From Dimorphilus gyrociliatus (taxonomy: Eukaryota > Animalia > Annelida): a stretch of DNA of 64,000 nucleotides. Below the pieces are notes generated by a model, which searched no databases, was not told the origin of the DNA, and saw only the letters and a list, made by a program, of their open reading frames with translations. Positions 55,090 to 64,000 of this stretch are shown in pieces. The DNA is taken from contig CAJFCJ010000019.1 of assembly GCA_904063045.1 (NCBI GenBank), positions 1,751,700 to 1,815,699 of the forward strand. The letters run 5' to 3'. Both the position numbers and the translations under genes were made by a program. Each line of letters begins with the position of its first letter. The first letter of the stretch is position 1.

Positions 55090-57023
55090 ATGGCGCCGGT
55101 GGATTTGAGAACCAACAAAAATTCAATTGAAGAAGCTTACAAAAAGGTTTGTGATGTAAACTCTGGTACTGACTGGGTAATATATGGATATGAAGGTAAA
55201 ACTAGCATACTTAAAGTGGATGCAAGTGGTAGTGGTGGATTTGAAGAAATGGCAGAAGATTTGAATAGTGGAAGAATTCAATATGTATATATCAGAGTTC
55301 AAGATCCCAATAGCGACTTACCTAAGTTTGTTTTCATAAACTGGCAAGGTGAAGGGGCCCCGGATGCCTTAAAAGGTTTATATACAAGATGTATTTAATC
55401 ATTCACAAAGATTATCTCTTAAGCAATAGTGATTAAGTTGCGTACAAGACTGTCCTAATCAGTTCACTTCAAAATATGTAAAACGTACAAAGCATCCGTT
55501 AGTTTATCTGAAATGAAAGCTTATGAGTGAGCGATAAAGCGATAAAATTTAGTTAGTAGTATAAGTTTTATTTACCAGAACATAATGTTCTTTCTACCAG
55601 TAAGAATCTGTGATAAATAGACTTATCAAAAAAGCTAAATTTATACTTCACGACTTTTTTAATGCTCTCTTTTTCAATTAATCACAAATGACAGAGATAA
55701 GAACAATATAATTTCTATTACTCCGTTGCACTATTTATTTGCAACGGTTAATTGTCCAAATCAAATGGGAGTTAATCCCAAATAAAAACTCTATATTTGA
55801 CAATTTCAGGATCCTGTGCGAATCATGTTAGAGATATATCAGCTGTTTTACGAGGTGCTCACGTTTCAATTAATGCGAGAAACGAAGAAGATATTGAGGA
55901 GGATGCTATTCTTGCTAAAGTTGCTAAAAGTTCAGTTTCTTCTTTTCGTCGTAGTGATGCAAAATTTGTTGAAGAACCAAGTGGTCCTGTTGGCACTAAT
56001 TATACGAAAATAAGACCAAATCAAGAAATTAGAACTAATGTAAGAGATGCATTTTGGCATAATCAGCAGTTAGAAGAAGAGAGGAGAAAAGCAGAAGAGA
56101 TCAAAAGAGTCCAGCAGGAAAGAGAAGCTTTAGAAAGAGAGAGAAAAGAAAGAGAAGAACGGGAAACCCACATCAGAGAAAAGCAAATAGCTGAAAAAAT
56201 GAAAACTTTTACCAACAGGGAAAAACCCATTTCAGTTGCAGAAGAAATTAGGAGACTACGAATTTCCTCCATTGACCAAGACGATGAACAAGAAAGAGCT
56301 AGCCGAGCTAAAAGAATGCAACAAGAAAGAACCGATGAAGCAAGAAGATTAATAAGTCAAAGATCTTTTCAGTCGTCTAACACAGATGAAAATACAAATG
56401 CACCAGCCACACAGACTACTTATAATCAGCCAAGTGCAGATACTTCTTCGTATCAGAGACAGGACTCTTCTCCTAAACCTGAGGAGTGTTGGGAACCTGG
56501 GTTAGAAGAAACTGATCTAGAAAAAGAACCAATACGACCATCTGCCCAAGGATTTGAACCCATGAGAGCCCCAATGAGACCTCCGGCTCCAGCATCTGAG
56601 CCATTAAGGGCACCTATGAGACCTCCTGTTCAAGAATCTGAACCAGTACGACGATCCATTCCGGAGCCAGAGCCAGAGCCTGAACCAGTAAGACAATCTA
56701 TTCCAGAGCCGCAGCCAGAGATTCAACCAGAAGAGTTGTATGAAGACACGTTTACACCAGAATATAAAACAACCCCAGCTGATAATGAATATGAAGCTGC
56801 TCAAGTCTCAAATGAACCTAAACCTGCTTCTCAAGAAGCAAGCCAAGGCCTAAAAGTCAAAGCTCTCTATGATTATCAAGCAACCGAAGAAGGAGAAATA
56901 TCGTTTGATCCAGGAGATATTATAACAATGGTATCACAAGATTATGACGGCTGGTGGGTTGGAAAGGCACCAAACGGACAAAGGGGAATGTTCCCCTCAA
57001 ACTATGTAGAAGTTATAGATTAA
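55090..57023 (+). CDS. DBNL: Drebrin-like / Abp1 (ADF-H, helical, Pro/Glu-rich, single SH3)
   Basis: [53 protein letters not shown]...WWVG...GMFPSNYV. Confidence 0.93.
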
Positions 57024-57399
57024 CTATTAGAATATTCTCAGCAAAAGGAAATCTTACTTTTACCAAGTTTTTGTATTCTATAACTCAGTTTTTTTTTACA
57101 ATTTAGTGTATAATCAATATCGCAAATTATTTGTTTTACAGATGAAATGTTTATTCTTCTTTTCTTCAAAAGTTTCTTTCTAAAACTTGATCTCTTGTGT
57201 CTTTCTCATATAAATAATGAACGCAATAACTAATGTTTACAAAAAAGGAGCCATTAATAGATTTATGAATAAAAATATTCAACAGTCATCTTTCACTCTA
57301 CTTTGAATAAATAACCTTGTCAATAATTTTGATTTACACTTTGCAATGGTAAAACTTAACTACTGTAGATGTCACTACTGCAAATCGGTTTTGAAAAAC

Positions 57400-58681
57400 A
57401 TGGATCAACGTGATTTGATAGAAATAGAAGGATTTCAAGGTTTTTCCTTAAAGGGTTTTTAAACAATATATATGAGAAAAATGTGTATTTAGAATTAATT
57501 TATTTGAAAATCTCTTATTTAAACCAATTACTTTACAAGCTGATGTTTAACTTCATTGAGCGATATTATGTTGATCAATAGCCATACCATGGACAACAAC
57601 TGCTAAAAGTAAAATACTTCACTACTTTTATATAAAAGAACACAATGTTGAAAATCCCAGCAGTTTGAAACCATTAAAAAAAACTCTTATAGTACTTAAT
57701 GTTCCTCCGTACGCAGATAAGGTATTCTTTAAATAATACATAAAGTATATTTTGCTAATTATCTTATTTATTCACTCTAGAATCATATTTTCAATTTTTT
57801 CGAGAGATGTGGAAAAATAACAAGAGTTATAATTCAATCGAAGCCTTCGAGTGCCGATGTTACTGAAGGCGGAAAATACTTTAATAAGACATCTCCACCA
57901 GAGGTAGTTTTCTCAAAACTGAACAATCATTTGATGAAATAAATATATTATTTTGTCTTCTGAAATCTGCAGGGTTATAAAGTAGCCTACGTTATCTTTC
58001 ATAATACTAAAGCATTAAAAAACGCTTTGAGTTTATCATCAACTAAAAGTCAGTCATTATCAACCGAAAAATGCCCATTTAAAGGATTTAAACAACGTCG
58101 GTATTTGAGACAATTATTTATCATTGTTTTTAAAATAAGATATTTTACAACTAGGACTAGCTGAGGAGAAAAAAGATCAATTCAATATTAATATAACAGA
58201 CCTTCAAGAAGAAATTACAAAGTATATGAAAGATTATGATACTAAAATTGCGGAAGTAAGTCTTCTTAAAGATAAACAAAAGCATGCAAAAAGTCGCGCT
58301 GCTAACTAATTTAACCTAACAATTAACAGCAAGTTAAAAGAGAGAAAGAAATGGATGGAGAGCCTGACGATGGAGGATGGGTTACAGTTACTCGTCATGG
58401 AAAGACGAAAGGCACTCCTAGAACGGAAGCTCATGAAAAGCGAGCCTTATTAAAAGAGAAAAAAAAGAAGGGAAACCAGGAACTCTTAAAATTTTACTCT
58501 TTCCAATGGACGAAGGAGAAAGAAGAACGTAAGTTGGATGTTATAAATTCAAAATTTTAATTTTAAATGTTTTTAATTTTTGAATAATCAAATAGAATTA
58601 TCGAAGCTGAAAGAGAAATTCGAGGAAGACAAAAGAAAAGTTCATAAAATGAGGCAGGAACGAAAGTTCCGTCCTTATTAA
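57400..58681 (+). CDS. RRP7A: Ribosomal RNA processing protein 7A
   Basis: TLIVLNVPPY, GYKVAYVIF, PDDGGWVTVTR, LKFYSFQ, C-terminal RKFRPY*. Confidence 0.92.
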
Positions 58682-59114
58682 ATTTTGCTACTCAAAGAAT
58701 TAGTATATTTAGCTCAAAATGTTGTTAAATAAGTTGATCTTTGTTAGAATAAACCCAAATGTTATCTGATATACCTCCACTTGACTGCTCGTATTTCAAA
58801 GGCAGGTTCTGTTTGAATCAAAAGAACTCATTGCGTAATTAATGATTGTCAGGAAGCTGGCAAATTAAAACCTTTAAGGAAAACTTTCACTCAATCGATG
58901 TGACAACAGTCACTCATCAAACTAACCGGTTAAAATTCGTGTATTTAAGATAAGGCGCCTGTCAGTTCAATATCGCGGTCAAAAGATATAGGCCATCAAA
59001 TTTGAACCTAACTAACTTGTGGAATAGTCTGGTTCTGTGGCTATAAGCGTTTATTATTTTTCAAAATATAGAGCTATTTCAAGTACGGAACTGGTGACCA
59101 GCTGAAATGTAAAA

Positions 59115-59968
59115 ATGGCGTTGCTTTTAAAATTAGGAAAATTAAAATCAGAAAAATGCACTCAAAAAGCAATAGATATTACTTTAGACGGAATTCTCCT
59201 TGAATCGGATAGAGGTAAATTATTATCTGAATTCGTCTATCATCTACTTTACGTTCGAGAGCAAATATCTATGCCACATACTCAACTGCTGAAGATGCCG
59301 GATAAGGTTAGTGCTCTAATCAATGATCAAATGTTTTTAACTATAACAAACTATTTGAACAGAATACCGAAAGTAAGAAGCTAAACATAAAGAGAGAACA
59401 TATTAAAATTGCTGCAAATTCATTACAACGTCTAGGATCTTATTTAGATAAATTATTTATTCATAGTTGTCATATAAGCTCAGTAGCTATACTACTTGGA
59501 TCATCACCTAACTTTTGCAACGAATGCTTTGTTGTTAACTTTCCTATCGACTTTTTCGAAGGACACGTTTTACCGGCAACAAAATCCCGTATGGAGTTTT
59601 TTAAATCGCTTTTCCAACAAGATTTTCTAAACGGAGCTATACAACCAAAGAGAAAACAAAGAATGTTTATTTTCATAAAAGTGCCGCCTGCAAGCAAATT
59701 TTCATCTGATATTAGAGATAGTCTTATATTTAAACAAAATTTTAAATTACCTACAAAAGGAAATGTTCTTTATAATGTCAACATTAAATGTAATGCTACT
59801 ATTGGAGAAAATGTTAGCTTTTCTAAAAGATTCGATCTGAACATTTCCGGTGTGGAACCTTTCGAACAACCAGAAATTGTTGAACAAACGTCCAGACCAG
59901 ACGATAATTGCAAAATTGATGAATGGTATCAAATAGATCATTTTTTTCAAGGATATTTTGACAAGTGA
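59115..59968 (+). CDS. MAD2L1BP: p31comet / MAD2L1-binding HORMA protein (divergent, two exons)
   Basis: KLLSEFVYHLLYVREQISMPHTQL resembles CELLKHIMYQRQQLPLPYEQL; AILLGSSP and WYQIDHFFQGY resemble the p31comet mid and C-terminal motifs; recalled similarity only. Confidence 0.65.
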
Positions 59969-60096
59969 ATGCTTTTACAAATTTCTGTGTTTTTTTTTAA
60001 AAGAATAAAATGTTACGGATTGTTCAACTTTTTGTTTATGTTCTTTTTTTGTATAAAGATGCCACTAGTGTCATCTATTGTTTAATAGTGTAGGCC

Positions 60097-63000
60097 ATGC
60101 ATTGCCGAATTCATCTTTTATCGTTTAATGGAACATACACACGCATTAAACGTTTTAAAGCTATTCAATGTATTTCAAAATGCTATTATTCAAATAATAA
60201 TCCATGGCTAGATTCATCGTCCTCCTCATCAGTAAATATTCCAATAGGAGATGAGTTTGTATTAAACTATAAGTTGAATTTCGTTGATATCTTTTTTTTC
60301 GTAGGTCCTTAAATTTATCTACTGGTAAATTTGCACGATTCTCCGACGGTTGTGCAGTTGGAAATGTATAAAATTTAAAAATACTTTGATTTATTGTAAT
60401 CACATTTTGTTACAATAACTTTAGGTTGGTAATACATCAGTAATGGTCACTACAGTAAGCAGAAAACAAGCTTCAAAGTTATCTTTCATGCCCCTAACAG
60501 TAAATTAAAAATTGTTTATTATTACTTTGAAATATACTCTAACAATAGTTTTAATTTTTAGGTGGATTATCGTCAAAAAACTGCTGCAGCTGGAAGAATT
60601 CCAACTAATTTTTTAAGAAGAGATTTGGCACCAAGCGAAAAAGAAATATTAATAAGCAGACTTATTGGTAAATAAAATTATAATCATTTTTAACAATTGT
60701 ATGTATATTAGTTCACTTTTTATAAACTTTATAGATCGATCGATTCGGCCTCTATTTCCAAATAATTTCTTTTACGAAACTCAAGTTTGTTGTGACAATA
60801 TATTGTTAAGGATGGAAATTCATTGTTTCTTTTTAAACTATAGGTTATGTGTAATCTATTAGCCGTTGATCACGATCACGATCCAGATGTTATAAGTATA
60901 AATGCAGGTTAGCTTTACACCCTCATTTAAAATTAGAGGCATAAAGAAAATAAAACCGTATCACCATTGTCATTTATATTAGCTTCGGCAGCATTAGCCT
61001 TATCTGATATTCCCTGGGACGGACCAATCGGTTCAACAAGAGTTGGAGTGATAAATAATGAAATAGTTCTAAATCCTACAAGAAAACAATTGAAATCAAG
61101 TAATTTAAATCTAGTTGTTACTGCTGCAAAAGATTCTAAAGTTGGTTCGTAGATTCTATTAACCTAAATTTATTCATATTTAGCGAAGTGGTCGTTTGTA
61201 TGATATATTATTTAACTTAATACAGTTATGATAGAGGGTAGCGCCGAAAATATTGACCAGCAAACCATTCAGCATGCAATAAAAAAAGGCGTTAAATCAT
61301 CTCAATCAATAATTAATTCTATTAATCAACTATGCCAGAAATGTGGTAAACCGAAAAGAGAGATAATTGAAGAGAAATTAATGGAAACTCAAGAGTTTAC
61401 AGATGAGATAAAACAGAAAATGAATGAGTAAATATTTGTAATTTATAATATTAAAACTGTTTTAAAACGTTTCATTTAAAAATAGATTAGCAAATGAAAA
61501 AATAAGACAAGTCTTAACAAACTTTGAACATCACAAATTCTCAAGAGACAACGCCTTAAGCGAAATACGTCAAAATGTTTCAGAGACTTTATTAGGTTTT
61601 TATGACAATTAATTTACCACTTTTAATAAATAAACTAAATATATATATATATATTTATTTATTTATTTATCTCAGCTGTTTATCCTGATTTATCGCCGTC
61701 TAAAATTCAAGAAGAACTGAATAATTTAGTAAAAGCCATATTTAGGTCATTAATATTCGAAACAAATATAAGGTAAGAAGTTTTAATTAATTTTACTAAT
61801 CGCCTTAAGATAATTAATTAATTTATTAGATGCGATGGACGTGGTCTTGACGATTTAAGAAATATATCTTGCGAAACTGGTTTATATAACCCTTTACACG
61901 GTTCAGCATTATTTCAAAGAGGTCAAACTCAGGTTCTGTGTACACTAACCTTTGATTCTCCCTTGTCTGCGGCAAAGATTGATACTATTTCCGCTTTGAC
62001 AGAGTAAGAGTTTTATCAATGATTAATTTAATTCTTTTATGTAATAAATAATATTAATAGGGGAATTAAGGAAAAGAATTTTTTTCTTCATTATGAAGTA
62101 AGATACTCTTTGAATATTTTATTTCTTTGAAATTTATTCTCAATCTCTCTCTCTATATATATATATAGTTTCCTCCATATGCTACGAACGAGGTTGGAAG
62201 GTTAAATTGGGGAAGGAGAGAAATTGGACATGGCGCTTTAGCAGAAAGAGCGTTGAGACCGCTCATTCCGTCAAATTTTCCTTTCACCTTAAGATTATCT
62301 GCAGAAGTACTTGAATCTAATGGATCCTCCTCTATGGCTTCGGTTTGCGCTGGAAGTCTTGCATTGTATGATGCTGGAGTCCCTATCGACGAAGCAGCAG
62401 CAGGAGTTGCTATTGGACTTATGACAAAGGATGATGATTATAGAGTTCTAACAGATTTATTGGTTGGCTCAGAATATTTTTTTTTAATATCAAATTTGAC
62501 GAATTCTGAATTCAACTTTCAAACAAACAGGGTATTGAAGATTACATGGGTGATATGGACTTTAAATTAGCTGGCACAAAGCAGGGTGTTACGGCAATAC
62601 AAGCCGATATTAAAATTCCAGGAGTGCCTTTGAAAATTATGATGGAAGCCATCCAAAAAGGAATGCAGGCAAAGAAGAAAATTTTAGATAAAATGAATGC
62701 TGTATTACCAAATCCAAGCGAACCAAAATCAAATAGACCAGTCGTAGAAGAAATCGAAGTTCCACTCCAAAAAAGAGCGAAATTTCTTGGAGCTGGAGGC
62801 TTTAATCTTAAAAGGATATTACTTGATACAGGAGTTTCAATCACGCAAATCGACGATACTAAATTTAATATATTCGCTCCAAATTCTGATAGTTTCAATG
62901 AAGCTAGAGAAAAAATTGATGAATTGTTGCAAGATGAGGTTAATACTTTTTTTTATTAGTTGATTGATTTATTGCTCATAGCTATTATAATCTATTTAAC

Positions 63001-63287
63001 AGAAAGAGATTACACTAGAGTTCGGAGCAATTTATGACGCTTCTATTGTTGAAATAAGAGATTACGGCGTTATGGTTAAATTATACGAAACTATGCAACC
63101 ATCTTTAATACATGTATCGCAATTGGATCAAAAAAGAGTTCAGCATCCATCGGCTCTCGGTCTAGAAGTTGGACAAGAGATTAAAGTTAAATATTTCGGA
63201 AGAGATCCAGCCGATGGCAAAATGCGTTTATCCCGTAAAGTTTTACAAACGACAAATCCAGTTGCTAGATCAACTTTAAAAAAATAA
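60097..63287 (+). CDS. PNPT1: Mitochondrial polynucleotide phosphorylase
   Basis: Transit peptide; [17 protein letters not shown]...[43 protein letters not shown]; KH and S1 domains. Confidence 0.97.
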
Positions 63288-63586
63288 TTTAGGCCTAAAA
63301 CTCTATTTGTTAAATATTTTGTATTTAAAAAATGACGGTTAATATTAATTTTAAATAAAAACATAAAAAAGGTAAGAGAGCCTAAGCACAGCAAAAAAAC
63401 GAATGATCTATAATTTTCCATCAGAAATTAGTTAATAAATTAATAAAGTAAAATAACCTATTAAAAAACGTTAGATATTTTTGATTGTTTAAAAGCGTCG
63501 ATTTGAACCTAAAACACAAAAAAGACCTAAAAAAAAACAGAAAAACAATACAATAAAGGAAAAAGAAGAAAGAATCACTAAAAAGC

Positions 63587-64000
63587 ATGAGAAGAACAAT
63601 GGGAACTATGAATGAAAATGATAGAAATAATAACAATAACAGAAGATCTAGAAGTATTAATAAGAAAAAACATAGTACTACAAATAGTATAAAGAATTTT
63701 GATAAATATATTATTAATCCTTCACCTGTAATCTCTGATTGGACAATTCCGCATATACATTTAATCAAGTTAACAGCCACAATTGAAGAAAAACCAACTA
63801 AAATTGATACCAAATCACCAGCCGTCCTTAAATATCGAACGCCTCATTTTGAGTAAAAAATATCTCCCTTTTCTTGGGTCATTTAAAATTCTAATTACTT
63901 TTTAATATATTTTTTTTTCTTTAAAAAAAAAAGAGCTAGGGCTACAGTTCAAATTCCTTGTATCGAAAGTGAGGTTGCCGTTCAAATCGGTTGGATTCAG
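63587..64000 (+). CDS. FAM78-family protein, 5' part only
   Basis: LTATIEEKPTKID...VLKYRTPHF|ARATVQIP...QIGWIQ resembles FAM78 VVLRYRTPHFRASAQV...VGWIQ. Confidence 0.75.

Noticed and set aside
55722-55775. Small hairpins (CCGTTGCA/TGCAACGG, TGGGA/TCCCA) in the DBNL intron
   Set aside because: Stems of 8 bp or less and no snoRNA box arrangement; not distinguishable from chance
63421-63813. 130-aa hydrophobic minus-strand ORF
   Set aside because: Antisense to A-rich UTR and the Asn/Lys-rich FAM78 exon

Overview
AT-rich, very compact animal genomic DNA: most introns are about 50-90 nt and several gene pairs share promoters of 160-260 bp. The organism cannot be determined from the sequence alone. 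About 20 spliced protein-coding genes were reconstructed by hand: AVL9 (partial), MED7, CFAP44, NOL9, a tandem death-domain protein, LAP3, ZDHHC16, a motorless MyTH4-FERM x2 protein, RIOX1/NO66, COP1-like, RBBP5, WASHC4, NTAN1, GPSM2/Pins, MCFD2-like, SNRPE, DBNL, RRP7A, p31comet, PNPT1 and a FAM78-like 5' fragment. No rRNA, tRNA, CRISPR array or intact mobile element was seen. The most striking signal is in LAP3. It has two duplicated, in-frame exons encoding alternative versions of the S1' substrate loop. Adjacent intronic elements can base-pair competitively with either exon's 5' end or loop out the second exon, which looks like an RNA-structure switch for mutually exclusive splicing. Other highlights are a retained U12 intron in ZDHHC16, an apparent U12-to-U2 conversion in SNRPE, a stem-flanked cassette exon in NO66 and a DD-DD-TRADD-N-like adaptor. 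Gene names come from recalled family motifs, not database searches. CDS coordinates are whole-gene spans including introns, and exon boundaries are manual.
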